Virus record (IMG/VR): IMGVR_UViG_3300048881_000780
Direction: 5' to 3' (one strand)
Origin: a virus
Lineage: Duplodnaviria > Caudoviricetes
DNA: 64,000 bases
The notes under the pieces are model-generated. The model was not told where the DNA came from. It made no database searches and saw only the letters and a list, made by a program, of their open reading frames with translations. Made by a program: the position numbers and the translations under genes. Below are positions 1-9,706 of this stretch, one piece after another (the first letter of the stretch is position 1; every line of letters begins with the position of its first letter).

Positions 1-1
1 T

Positions 2-1498
2 TTCCTTAATTGTTTTTTTTATTTCTTGTAAAAATCCGTTATCAATGGAATATTTGTAACTACTAGGACAATTAGATCTCCATTCTTTAGTGCTACTAAA
101 TTTATTAACTATCACAGATAACTTTATTTTACTTTCCATTTCCTTTGGAGATCTAGATATAAGCTTTCTTGAGTCGTTAAATAGCTTGGTTATTTTTTCT
201 TCGATACAATTAATTGAATCTTTAATGTATATCTTACTAACACATTTTTTTAAATCATTTATTGTTTCGTATTGAGATATATTTAATTCATCTATAAGAT
301 TCCTGATGAATAAATTTTTCTTATTTTCTTCAATTTTATCTTTAACTTCCTGAGCCCACGTTTGCCTCAAAGAATATTTGTAAGATTTATAAGACAGTTC
401 GGACCATTGCTTACTTGAAGTAATTTTATTTTCTTCTATAAATTTTAAAACTTCCTCTTTGTTAACTGAAAACTTCTTAATTCTTAGGTTGTGAAGACTA
501 ACTACCTCCTCATACCATCCTTGTTTTCTCGCCCACCGAACTGATGATTCATCCTCTCTTTCCCACTCTCCAATACAAGAGAACATATTTTTATTTAATA
601 TTCTTTCGATTTGCTCTCTAGATCTCTTTTCTTTTTTTAAATTAAATTCATCCAACACTTCCTCAAACCAATCTTTTTTAGATGCCCATAAATATGAGTT
701 GCTATCTTTCCTTTTCCACTCTGTGATACTTGCAAAACTTTCATTAGTTAAAAGATTGATAATATCATCTTTAGTTCTGTTTAAGTTTCTCGTCTTGAGT
801 CCAAACTTGCTTGCTACATCAGTGTGCCAACTTTGAGATACTGAAAAATAGTAACTCTCTTGCTCTTGAATTTGCCACTCTGAAGTTTTCTGGAATTTAT
901 TTTTCTTTAAAATTTCCTCAATTTCTTGTCTGGTGAACTGTCTCTTATACGAGACTTTATTTCCTGTTGTCTTTAAATTATATCTATTTGCTACTTTGTG
1001 GTACCAAGATTGACTTCTTGCCCATCTAAGTGATGTGATATCTTTTTTCTCCCACTCTCCAATGCAAGAGAACTTATTTTTCTTTAAAATTTCTTCAATT
1101 TCTTGTCTGGTGAACTGTCTCTTATACGAGACTTTATTTCCTGTTGTCTTTAAATTATATCTTTTTGCTACTTTGTGGTACCAAGATTGACCTCTTGCCC
1201 ATCTAAGTGAAGCAATATCTTTTTTTTCCCATTCCCTAATACAAGAGAACTTATTCTTCTTTAAAAGTTCTTCAACGTCAAAACGGGTTAACTGTCTCTT
1301 GTAGGATATCTTATTTTCTCTTGTTCTTATATTATATTTAGTTGCAACTTCGTTGTACCAAGATTGACTACGTGCCCACATGTTAGAGGCGCAACTATAT
1401 CTACGCCACTCGACGACTGTGCTGAATCTCATTTCACGAAGCAGTTTTTCGATACCTTTTCTAGTTTTATTAAATTTATTTCTTTGATGTTTTTTCAT
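2..1498 (-). CDS. Tandem ~60-aa helical-repeat protein (W-x-K...S-x-x-W-A-R-x-Q-x-W-Y), runs off the left edge
   Basis: Not in the ORF track. ATG at 1498 (MKKHQRNKFNK...) reads in frame with ...YKYSIDNGFLQEIKKTIKE at the edge; near-identical 180-bp repeat units. Confidence 0.85.
   Translation of the reverse strand, partial: MKKHQRNKFNKTRKGIEKLLREMRFSTVVEWRRYSCASNMWARSQSWYNEVATKYNIRTRENKISYKRQLTRFDVEELLKKNKFSCIREWEKKDIASLRWARGQSWYHKVAKRYNLKTTGNKVSYKRQFTRQEIEEILKKNKFSCIGEWEKKDITSLRWARSQSWYHKVANRYNLKTTGNKVSYKRQFTRQEIEEILKKNKFQKTSEWQIQEQESYYFSVSQSWHTDVASKFGLKTRNLNRTKDDIINLLTNESFASITEWKRKDSNSYLWASKKDWFEEVLDEFNLKKEKRSREQIERILNKNMFSCIGEWEREDESSVRWARKQGWYEEVVSLHNLRIKKFSVNKEEVLKFIEENKITSSKQWSELSYKSYKYSLRQTWAQEVKDKIEENKKNLFIRNLIDELNISQYETINDLKKCVSKIYIKDSINCIEEKITKLFNDSRKLISRSPKEMESKIKLSVIVNKFSSTKEWRSNCPSSYKYSIDNGFLQEIKKTIKE
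895..1380. repeat. Intragenic 180-bp tandem repeats
   Basis: 901-1080 and 1081-1260 are near-identical; a third, more diverged unit follows. Confidence 0.85.
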
Positions 1499-1525
1499 GA
1501 CTTATATCTTAAGCTATATCAACAA

Positions 1526-1542
1526 CTAACACAAGATGTTAA
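1526..1542. promoter_or_regulatory. 17-bp palindromic operator (consensus TTRACR-N5-YGTYAA)
   Basis: CTAACACAAGATGTTAA upstream of the 1498(-) gene. Confidence 0.65.
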
Positions 1543-1556
1543 CTTATTGATTCTAA

Positions 1557-1907
1557 CTAGCACACTGAGTAAAGTTTAATGTACTTTGCTGGTATGTGAT
1601 CATATTGAATAGTCTCGTAAGATTCATGATCTTCCTTGTTGAACAACTTTGAGACTGGGAGTGAAATCTTTAATATTGCAACTTTAGAACCTTCCCCATA
1701 GTCTTCATCGAATTCCTCACCTAGCCAGTTCATTAAGGCGTTATTACAATCGTCTAGTGAATTAAAGAGGTATATCGCTGGAGTCTTTTCTTCGATCTTC
1801 TGTGATCTCGTTCCAATTTTTGGTTCAAGCCCCTTACTTAAAATTGAATATAGATTATCTAATGGTGTCACATGTAAGAAGACTTCAATATCATTATCTA
1901 AGTTCAT
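1557..1907 (-). CDS. ADP-ribosyltransferase-fold (Tpt1/KptA-like) protein
   Basis: FLHVT...NLYSILSKGL.P, IYLF, ILKI, IP..YI pattern. Confidence 0.55.
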   Translation of the reverse strand: MNLDNDIEVFLHVTPLDNLYSILSKGLEPKIGTRSQKIEEKTPAIYLFNSLDDCNNALMNWLGEEFDEDYGEGSKVAILKISLPVSKLFNKEDHESYETIQYDHIPAKYIKLYSVC

Positions 1908-2256
1908 ATTTTCCAGTATAATTATGCTTAGAAATGAAGGTTATAATTTCTCTTTTGAAATTTCCCATGTCTGCGCGAGATCCCTTTTGTAGTTTATCTA
2001 GAATTTTTGACAACTTTTGATCTAATGAAACTTCACCACAGTACCTAACAAAACCATCTTTATCGCTTACCTCAAAGAACTCTATACTTTCTCCACTATC
2101 TGAGAATCTGATTTCGCGAGTTAGCTCAATAATCTTGTCTTTAACGGCCTTCTTTGTTTTTTTCAATTTTTCATCTGTTTTAGTCGAAAAGTGTAAACCA
2201 AAGAGATTAAACGTATAATTATATGTAATTTCTTTTTCCTCAGTTATAAAACTCAT
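1894..2256 (-). CDS. Hypothetical protein
   Basis: ORF in an overlapping operon. Confidence 0.7.
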   Translation of the reverse strand: MSFITEEKEITYNYTFNLFGLHFSTKTDEKLKKTKKAVKDKIIELTREIRFSDSGESIEFFEVSDKDGFVRYCGEVSLDQKLSKILDKLQKGSRADMGNFKREIITFISKHNYTGKYELR

Positions 2257-2447
2257 TCTGACTTCCCTCTTTTAGATGTACTAACTAGCTTTATAGCTCC
2301 TTTTGCTAGTCTTCTACCATCCTCTTTTCCTTTTTCAAACCCCTCAAACATAGGAGCAAGAGTAAAGCCTAAAATGGCGCCAATTAGATAAAATGGCGTA
2401 AAAACTATAATTAAAATAATGTGCAGAATTAATTTAAGTATTTTCAT
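2253..2447 (-). CDS. Small membrane protein
   Basis: Hydrophobic N-terminus; coupled start/stop. Confidence 0.65.
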   Translation of the reverse strand: MKILKLILHIILIIVFTPFYLIGAILGFTLAPMFEGFEKGKEDGRRLAKGAIKLVSTSKRGKSE

Positions 2448-2878
2448 TAGGCAACCTTCTCTTTTCTTTGATCGCGCAATCTCTTTAATCTTAGTAGCCT
2501 TTCTCTTCCTCTTTCAGATATGTATTTAACTCTCTTTGTGAAAGTTGAATCACTTGGGTGAGAGACAACTTTAGACTGAGTACAGTATTTAAGTCCAGCT
2601 AGACGATCATGAGAGAATCTCAAGCATCTAGTTCTATAGATAGTGGTCTTTTTTTCAAATTCTTCATATGAGGTCATTTTTGAAAGATTTTCAAGCAGTA
2701 CTAACTCTTTTGCACAGAGGTCTTCTTTGGCCTTTTTTCTCATTAAGTTCGAGAGTTTTTTAAGATCATTTAACCTCTTTACTCTTCTATCTTCAAATTG
2801 TGCTCTTAGGCCTCTGGAACCCTTTCTTCGACTGATGACGTTATCTTGAAAGCGATTTCCTCTTTTTGTTTTAGACAT
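2447..2878 (-). CDS. Basic hypothetical protein
   Basis: AGGAGG RBS upstream; K/R-rich. Confidence 0.75.
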   Translation of the reverse strand: MSKTKRGNRFQDNVISRRKGSRGLRAQFEDRRVKRLNDLKKLSNLMRKKAKEDLCAKELVLLENLSKMTSYEEFEKKTTIYRTRCLRFSHDRLAGLKYCTQSKVVSHPSDSTFTKRVKYISERGRERLLRLKRLRDQRKEKVA

Positions 2879-2906
2879 AAGACCTCCTTAAATCAGTGTA
2901 CAGATA

Positions 2907-2923
2907 TTAACACAACTTGTCAA
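2907..2923. promoter_or_regulatory. 17-bp palindromic operator
   Basis: TTAACACAACTTGTCAA between divergent genes. Confidence 0.8.
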
Positions 2924-2980
2924 GATTTAAATTGACACATGGCAGCAAATATAGTAAAATTTAATTATCAAGGGGAATTC

Positions 2981-4690
2981 ATGTATAGAATAGAATCAAG
3001 TTTAGAAAAAGTTGGAAAAATTACTTCTGCTAAATATAACTTAATAGTTCATTTTGAAGGCAATGATGCCTATACGAATGGTAAAGAAATATATATTCCC
3101 TATTTGGAAAATCTAACTAAAGAGAATAAAATCCTTTTAAATGGTTATATGGACCATGAAGTCGCTCACTGCTTATTTACAGACTTCTCTTGTTTAAAAG
3201 ATTGTCTCAATGAATTTCACCACAAATTACTAAATATGGTTGAGGACGTTAGAATCGAGAGACTAATGATCTATAAATACCCAGGGTGTCGTTATTTTAT
3301 CGGAAAAATGAATGAGATTCTTCAAGATAGAACTGCTAAATCTTGGGATAAAGTACCATGGCCATTTCAATTTATTTGGAATGTTGGGTTATACATGCAG
3401 GGAATTGATTATTTAGATACAACTAATTGCCAAGAATATCTAGATTTAGTTCAAGATGAATTAGCAATGTTAAATAGTGCAACTAGTACTTCTGAGTTGT
3501 TACAGATTACTAAAGCAATGACTGATAAGATTTTAGAAGATTTACCTGAAGAAAACAAACTTCCTCATAAGCCTGGGAAATCTGAGGTTGCTTACAATGA
3601 GAGAATGGAGAGAGAATCTGAAGGTGACAAAGTTGAAAATAATAGCGGTCAGAAAGGTCAAAAAAGCTCTCAAAACGGCAAAGGACAAGAAGAGAAAGAA
3701 GGGTATCAGTTACCATCGGCCCACACTTTAATTAAAGAGGCAATAGAAGAAGAAATAGAGAGAGAATCTACTTCTAACATGAATATTGTTAATGATCACT
3801 CTCTAAAATCAAGACAAAGAATTATTGCATCAACGACAAGATTTGACATTGAGACAAATTACTCTAATAAAGGTAATTCTAGTCAATACTCCACTTTTAA
3901 ATCAAAGGTTCAACCTATGATTTCTAAAATTAGAAGGGATTTTGAGAGAGTTTTAAAAGTTAAGGAGAATTCTCACTGGAAGATAGAGAGAGAACGTGGA
4001 GTTTTAAATAATCGCTCACTATCTAGGTTAATCACTGATGGTGGATATAGAACTCCATTTAAACAAAAGTTTAAAAATGACACAACTAATGTAGCGGTAC
4101 AAATTTTAATTGATCAGTCTGGTTCTATGGGTGGTTCAAGAATTGAAACCGCAAAGCTATGTGCTGTGGCCATGGGAGAGGCATTAAATGACCTTGGCAT
4201 CTCTTTTGAAATTACAGGTTTTTCTAGTCAAGGCTGTAGTAAATTAATTAGCTATACCTCTCAAGTTAAGAATAACAAGAGATTTTCAAGAACTAGAGAG
4301 GCCTTGATTTTAGATATCTTTAAAGATTTTCAAACAAGTAATTTAAATGGGATTACTCGTCTATCTTCAAAGGCCATGAACCCCGATGGGGAATGTGTTA
4401 TTTGGGCCTCAAAGAGATTATTAAAGAGAAAAGAAAAAAGAAAGATATTATTTGTTCTAAGTGATGGCCAGCCAGCTACAGGTGAGAACGATTCTGCGGT
4501 TTTATGCAATGATCTAAAGCTTGCTCTAGATGTAGTAAAAAAAGAGGGAATTGAGACTATTGGGCTAGGTATTGAAAGTGATGCTGTTTCTAAGTTTTAT
4601 AAGGATTTTATTGTTATAAATAAATTAGAAGAGCTACCAAGGAGGGCATTAAAAAAGATGACAGATATTCTACTTAGAGAGGTCGCCTAA
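2981..4690 (+). CDS. CobT-like von Willebrand factor A domain protein
   Basis: N-terminal HEVAH and EDVRIE; C-terminal MIDAS DQSGSM and LSDGQP; RBS GGGGA before ATG 2981 (track starts at 2939). Confidence 0.85.
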   Translation: MYRIESSLEKVGKITSAKYNLIVHFEGNDAYTNGKEIYIPYLENLTKENKILLNGYMDHEVAHCLFTDFSCLKDCLNEFHHKLLNMVEDVRIERLMIYKYPGCRYFIGKMNEILQDRTAKSWDKVPWPFQFIWNVGLYMQGIDYLDTTNCQEYLDLVQDELAMLNSATSTSELLQITKAMTDKILEDLPEENKLPHKPGKSEVAYNERMERESEGDKVENNSGQKGQKSSQNGKGQEEKEGYQLPSAHTLIKEAIEEEIERESTSNMNIVNDHSLKSRQRIIASTTRFDIETNYSNKGNSSQYSTFKSKVQPMISKIRRDFERVLKVKENSHWKIERERGVLNNRSLSRLITDGGYRTPFKQKFKNDTTNVAVQILIDQSGSMGGSRIETAKLCAVAMGEALNDLGISFEITGFSSQGCSKLISYTSQVKNNKRFSRTREALILDIFKDFQTSNLNGITRLSSKAMNPDGECVIWASKRLLKRKEKRKILFVLSDGQPATGENDSAVLCNDLKLALDVVKKEGIETIGLGIESDAVSKFYKDFIVINKLEELPRRALKKMTDILLREVA

Positions 4691-4881
4691 TGAATGGTCT
4701 ACAGGCCAAGGGCCTTAGTTTCTATATCTGCTTTGGTAAGTATGGTGGATTTTCATGTATTAATGACAAGGTGTCTGTTCGAGTCGTTATGGGTTTCATA
4801 TCTATTGGTGTTTTTAAAAATGATATCGAAGAAACTCTATCAAATTGTCTAGAAAGGATTTCAGAACTTAAGGATAATTAA
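4690..4881 (+). CDS. Hypothetical protein
   Basis: TAATG coupling to the vWA gene. Confidence 0.65.
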   Translation: MNGLQAKGLSFYICFGKYGGFSCINDKVSVRVVMGFISIGVFKNDIEETLSNCLERISELKDN

Positions 4882-4883
4882 CA

Positions 4884-5768
4884 ATGAATAGACCTTTTGA
4901 GTTCGTGATTGATAATAGGTTTACAAACGAAGATACTTTTGAACTATACTTATTTGAAGATATTAATTATGACTTCTCTATTGATTGGGGCGATGGATCT
5001 ATTTCCTCAATAAGTAATAATGACAAAAGCTGTTCCCACGTCTATAAAAATAAAAAAAAATATACTATTAAAATTTGGGGAAATGTAGAGGTCCTACATT
5101 TTTCTTGGAAATCTAAAAAACAAATAGTATACGTTTTAGACTTAGGTGATTGTAACTGGAAATCTTTAAATGCCATGTTTCTTTCATGTTCAAATCTTAT
5201 ATCATTTCGTGGAGGGGTTACCTCAAGTGTTGCGGATATGAGTCGAATGTTTTACAGATGTTCTTCATTACATGATTTAGATTTAAGTAGCTTTAATACT
5301 TCTAATGTGACCAATATAAATTCAATGTTCAGTGGTTGTACATCTCTAGAGAATTTAAATCTATTAAATTTTAATACATCAAATGTATTAACTATGAGTT
5401 TTGTTTTTAATAAATGTTCTTCTTTGTTGAATTTAGATTTAAGTAGTTTTAATACATCCAAGGTGACTAGCATGGATTTAATGTTTAATAGATGTACATC
5501 TTTAGATAATTTAAATCTATCTAGCTTCAATACTTTAAATGTTAGTGATATGACAGGTATGTTTAGACGTACTTTTTCAATAAAGTACCTAGATCTAACT
5601 AACTTTTGCTTTAACTCTCCAAAAATTCAAAACTTTTGTAAACTTGGCCCTAAAAAAATAATCGTCAAAAGACCATATAAGAAGAAGTATTTTAAGAAAG
5701 ATGAGAATGTATTCTCTAGTTCTATAGATATTTCTAGTAACTTATGGATAAATTCACTGACCGACTAA
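4884..5768 (+). CDS. BspA/DUF285-type LRR protein with PKD-like N-domain (~6 repeats)
   Basis: IDWGDG...H.Y...YTI.I.G; LDLSSFNTSNV..M..MF repeats; C-terminal NLWINSLTD. Confidence 0.85.
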   Translation: MNRPFEFVIDNRFTNEDTFELYLFEDINYDFSIDWGDGSISSISNNDKSCSHVYKNKKKYTIKIWGNVEVLHFSWKSKKQIVYVLDLGDCNWKSLNAMFLSCSNLISFRGGVTSSVADMSRMFYRCSSLHDLDLSSFNTSNVTNINSMFSGCTSLENLNLLNFNTSNVLTMSFVFNKCSSLLNLDLSSFNTSKVTSMDLMFNRCTSLDNLNLSSFNTLNVSDMTGMFRRTFSIKYLDLTNFCFNSPKIQNFCKLGPKKIIVKRPYKKKYFKKDENVFSSSIDISSNLWINSLTD

Positions 5769-5785
5769 AAAACCTATTTACACTC

Positions 5786-5802
5786 ATAACGCTTCGTGTT
5801 AA
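5786..5802. promoter_or_regulatory. 17-bp palindromic operator
   Basis: ATAACGCTTCGTGTTAA upstream of the AAA+ gene. Confidence 0.65.
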
Positions 5803-5822
5803 AATATTAACAAGGAGTTTCT

Positions 5823-6755
5823 ATGACAAAAAAAGCATCACCTAATAAGGTAAAAAGCACAAAAACATTTAAAATTGGAGAAGTTGAACTTCCTGTTAGA
5901 GAGGGGGATTCTACTTTTGTTCCAAAGATTAATGAGGCATTTTACTTCACAGAAGTATCGCATTGTATTGCTCAAGATATTGTTGAAAATAAGAGAGTTC
6001 TATTAACTGGTCACTGTGGAACAGGAAAGACCTCTAATCCACAGCAGATTGCTGCGAGGATTAATCAACCTGTTACTAGGATCAATTTAAATGGTCAGGC
6101 CACAATTGGTGACCTTGTAGGGTTTTGGTCTGTAAAAGGTGGTGAAACTGTTTGGATTGATGGTGCGCTCCCGATGGCAATGAAAGAGGGACACTGGTTA
6201 ATTTTAGATGAAATTGACTTCGCAGAACCAGCAATTCTCTCAATTTTAAATGGCGTACTTGAAAAAGATGCACCACTAGTTTTAAAAGAAAAAGGAACTG
6301 AGATTGTAAGACCTCATAAAGATTTTAGAATTTTTGCTACGGCCAATACCGTTGGTGTTATGCAAGAGTTTAGATTCCTATATCAGGGAGCAAATATCTT
6401 AAATGAGGCATTTATAGATAGATGGAGAATCTACTTTGTAGATTACCTAGAACCTGATCAGGAAGTAGATGTCCTGATTAAGACTCTAGGACTAGAAGAG
6501 AAGAGAGATAAGGTAGAAAAGGGTATTAGAAGTGCCGTAGAGGTCGCTAATATGGCCAGAAGAGCTTTTGAAGAAGAAACTCTATCATGTACCTTTTCTA
6601 TGCGAAAACTGACTGATTGGGTCGAATTAATGTTTAAATATAAGGATCCAATTAAGGCCTGTAATATGGCCATTAAAAGTAAAGTCAGTCGCGTTGATGG
6701 AGATGCCATTTCTTCGATCATTCAGCGTGTATTAGAAGATTGTGAACAAGATTAA
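5823..6755 (+). CDS. CbbQ/NirQ/CobS-type (MoxR clade) AAA+ ATPase
   Basis: Walker A GHCGTGKT, Walker B LILDE, FATAN sensor, AFIDRW. Confidence 0.9.
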   Translation: MTKKASPNKVKSTKTFKIGEVELPVREGDSTFVPKINEAFYFTEVSHCIAQDIVENKRVLLTGHCGTGKTSNPQQIAARINQPVTRINLNGQATIGDLVGFWSVKGGETVWIDGALPMAMKEGHWLILDEIDFAEPAILSILNGVLEKDAPLVLKEKGTEIVRPHKDFRIFATANTVGVMQEFRFLYQGANILNEAFIDRWRIYFVDYLEPDQEVDVLIKTLGLEEKRDKVEKGIRSAVEVANMARRAFEEETLSCTFSMRKLTDWVELMFKYKDPIKACNMAIKSKVSRVDGDAISSIIQRVLEDCEQD

Positions 6756-6790
6756 ATTTCCCCTCAGTGGGAAAGAAACCCCTTAAGTAG

Positions 6791-6820
6791 AGGGTCTGGC
6801 ATTACGTCAGGCCCTTTATT
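6791..6820 (+). terminator. Intrinsic terminator
   Basis: AGGGTCTGGC-ATTAC-GTCAGGCCCT followed by a T-rich tract. Confidence 0.6.
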
Positions 6821-6835
6821 TTAAAGAGTTTATAT

Positions 6836-8263
6836 ATGACAACTAGACCTTTCAAATTCAAAATTAAAGTAAATAGAGATGAGATATTCGCATTTAATTT
6901 ATCAAAAGAAGAAGTATCATATGACTTCACTATTGATTGGGGTGATGGGGTTAAAGGCTCTGTAAATAGTAAATCCTGCAAGTGTGAACATACCTATAAA
7001 AAGGGTGGCGAATTTACTATTACAATTAATGGTAATGTAGAGTCTATAAACTTCGAGAATGAGTCAAAAAGGCTGATTATAGAAGTTCTAGATTTAGGCG
7101 ATTGCAACTGGAAGAGTCTTTATTTTATGTTTGGCAATTGTTCTAACTTGACCTCATTTTCTGGTGGAATAACTAATCGAGTTGTAGATATGGCCTGTAT
7201 GTTTTACGAGGCTAGCTCTCTTAAGAGATTAGATTTATCAAGCTTTGACACCTCTAATACTCGGGATATGCAATCTATGTTTGCAGAAATCAGCTCTTTA
7301 GAGGAATTAGATATATCAAATTTTGAAACATCTAATGTGACGGATATGCGCTTTATGTTTTCAGGAGCTACCTCTCTTGAAAAATTAGATCTATCCAGTT
7401 TTGATACTTCTAAAGTAACAGATATGAGAAACATGTTTAATAGAGCTAACTCTCTAGTAAATTTAGATTTATCCAGCTTTGATACTTCTAATGTTAGAAA
7501 TATGAGCTATATGTTTAATGAATCTAGCTCACTTAAGGATTTAAATTTATCAAATTTTAATACATCTAAAGTCACGGATATGAGTCATATGTTCTATGGA
7601 TCGTGTTCATTTAAGAATTTGAATATATCAAATTTTAATACCTCTAAAGTTCAAGATATGAGTCATATGTTCTATGAAGTTAGCTCTCTAGTGGATCTAG
7701 ATTTATCCAGTTTTGACACTTCTAATGTTATAAACATGAGCTACATGTTTAGTGGAGCTACAGATTTAATAAATCTAGATATATCAAGTTTTGAAACCAC
7801 TGAAGTTGAATATATGAAATGTATGTTCCATGGAGCTAGCTCTATAGTAAGCTTAGATTTATCAAGTTTTAATACATCTAAAGTGACGAATATGAGTTAT
7901 ATGTTCTGCTACACTACCTCTTTAAGAAATTTAGATATAACTGGTTTTAGTACTTTTGAGGTAAAAGATATGAGCTTTATGTTTCATGGAGCAAGTTCTC
8001 TAGTGAATTTAGATTTATCAAATTTTGATACTTTTAATGTTTCTGACATGTCTAGTATGCTCGCTGGTGCGACATCTATTTCAAGTTTAGATTTAACAAA
8101 TTTTAACTTTGATGAAGTTGATGTGAATATGTTTGAGCTTAATGGTCCTCTAGAAATTATCGTTAAGAAGAAATTTAAAGAAAAATATTTTAAAGATAGC
8201 GAGAACGTAATATTTAAAACACTTAATTTAGTGTCCAACTCATGGATAGATGCTATTTCTTAA
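6836..8263 (+). CDS. BspA/DUF285-type LRR protein (~13 repeats of 26 aa)
   Basis: IDWGDG domain, many LDLSSFDTS.V.DM..MF repeats; C-terminal NSWIDAIS. Confidence 0.9.
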   Translation: MTTRPFKFKIKVNRDEIFAFNLSKEEVSYDFTIDWGDGVKGSVNSKSCKCEHTYKKGGEFTITINGNVESINFENESKRLIIEVLDLGDCNWKSLYFMFGNCSNLTSFSGGITNRVVDMACMFYEASSLKRLDLSSFDTSNTRDMQSMFAEISSLEELDISNFETSNVTDMRFMFSGATSLEKLDLSSFDTSKVTDMRNMFNRANSLVNLDLSSFDTSNVRNMSYMFNESSSLKDLNLSNFNTSKVTDMSHMFYGSCSFKNLNISNFNTSKVQDMSHMFYEVSSLVDLDLSSFDTSNVINMSYMFSGATDLINLDISSFETTEVEYMKCMFHGASSIVSLDLSSFNTSKVTNMSYMFCYTTSLRNLDITGFSTFEVKDMSFMFHGASSLVNLDLSNFDTFNVSDMSSMLAGATSISSLDLTNFNFDEVDVNMFELNGPLEIIVKKKFKEKYFKDSENVIFKTLNLVSNSWIDAIS

Positions 8264-8284
8264 TTTAACAACCAGGGAGATTAT

Positions 8285-8554
8285 GTGGAAAAGGAAATTC
8301 TAGTTTGGGAAGATAAGACTTATGATCAAATACCTCTTCAAGATAACCCAGCCACATGCTCTGTGGATGAATATGGAAGAATAGAATGTTTTATAATTTG
8401 TCTATCCGACTCGAAATTAGTGAAGCCAATGGTTGCACTCTATAAAGTTAATAATTTTAAAAGTGATAAGGTTACGGTCGTTAAGACTTTTCACGATTTC
8501 GAGTACGCTCTTTCTTGGGCAAAGGTCTTAAATTTTGAGGAGTCGAATAAGTAA
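8285..8554 (+). CDS. Hypothetical protein
   Basis: AGGGAG RBS, GTG start. Confidence 0.65.
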   Translation: MEKEILVWEDKTYDQIPLQDNPATCSVDEYGRIECFIICLSDSKLVKPMVALYKVNNFKSDKVTVVKTFHDFEYALSWAKVLNFEESNK

Positions 8555-9051
8555 TGGACTTTTTAAAGAAGCTTGAATTTTTAATTACTCAAAATAAAGA
8601 GAATTTACTCGATTCACATTTGAAGTATGGAGGAGTTCGAGTGACCTGTATTTCACTATCAAATGACAAGAGTTCAATAGAAGTGGAGCTAGATACTGGA
8701 TCACTAGCTTTTTCTCTAGAAGTTGATCACGAAAGTTGTTTTGAGTGTGGAAATAGTGAATTTCATGCAACTCAAGAATACCGAGTAAATATCATTGTTA
8801 ATCAGAACGGAGAGTTTTTAAGAAATAGATTTAATGATATGGAGCGATCTCTAGAAGATGCTGATGTACCCAAGGGTCCATTTAGTTGTACAAAGTGCAG
8901 TAAACAATATAGTGAAATAAAAGATGGCGCCATATTAGATAGGATGATTGAAATTACTGAAGAGAAGCTACGAGAACTAGGAGTAGGCCTCTTTAATAGT
9001 TATGATAAATTTGAAGAAGCGGTATTTAACCATGAACAAAGTAACAACTAA
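8554..9051 (+). CDS. Hypothetical protein with zinc ribbon
   Basis: CFEC...CTKC. Confidence 0.7.
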   Translation: MDFLKKLEFLITQNKENLLDSHLKYGGVRVTCISLSNDKSSIEVELDTGSLAFSLEVDHESCFECGNSEFHATQEYRVNIIVNQNGEFLRNRFNDMERSLEDADVPKGPFSCTKCSKQYSEIKDGAILDRMIEITEEKLRELGVGLFNSYDKFEEAVFNHEQSNN

Positions 9052-9691
9052 GCATACCTCTTTTGAGTTTGAAGTAAATTTATCTAGTGGTAATTTCGTT
9101 ATGTTTCATGTAGATCGAAACTTTGATTTCAAATTTAATGTTGATTGGGGTGATGGTAAGCGTAATTATTATCACCGTGAAAAAGACGCTAGTACTATAA
9201 GTCATAAGTATAGAAATAGTGGATGCTATAAAGTTAAAATATCTGGAGATATCTACAAACTTAGGTTCGGAGTAAGAACTAAGGGTTTTATAACTAGAGT
9301 TTTCAATTTAGGTGATTGTGAGTGGATTGATACATCTTCAATGTTTGAAAATTGTGAAAAACTAATGAGTTTCGCTGGTGGCGCAACTGATGAGGTGACT
9401 GATATGTCTGCAATGTTTGCTGGTTGCTTTAGTCTAGTATTATTAGACTTGAGTACTTTTAATACATCAAACGTAGTATCAATGGACAGGATGCTGGAAA
9501 AGGTTTCCTTTACTCCCCCATTAGATCTCACTTCATTTGATTTTTCTAAGTCATCATTAGATAGATTTCTATATCTTGGTCCAGGAAAAGTGTTTGTCAG
9601 TAAAGTAGTAAAAAATAAGTATTTTAAAGGAATTGATGCCGTTAAATATAAGACAGGCACCAATTCATGGATAGAATCATTAAGTAATTAA
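9032..9691 (+). CDS. Short BspA/DUF285-type LRR protein (~3 repeats)
   Basis: VDWGDG domain; C-terminal NSWIESLSN; start could be 9002. Confidence 0.8.
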   Translation: MNKVTTKHTSFEFEVNLSSGNFVMFHVDRNFDFKFNVDWGDGKRNYYHREKDASTISHKYRNSGCYKVKISGDIYKLRFGVRTKGFITRVFNLGDCEWIDTSSMFENCEKLMSFAGGATDEVTDMSAMFAGCFSLVLLDLSTFNTSNVVSMDRMLEKVSFTPPLDLTSFDFSKSSLDRFLYLGPGKVFVSKVVKNKYFKGIDAVKYKTGTNSWIESLSN

Positions 9692-9706
9692 TTTAGAACA
9701 CTCACA

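Noticed and set aside
90-1579. Plus-strand ORFs 90-275 and 1364-1579
   Set aside because: Antisense to the long minus-strand repeat gene
2981-6755. Cobalamin biosynthesis (cobS/cobT)
   Set aside because: No cobN or other cob genes in the window; the pair is better read as a generic MoxR/vWA chaperone
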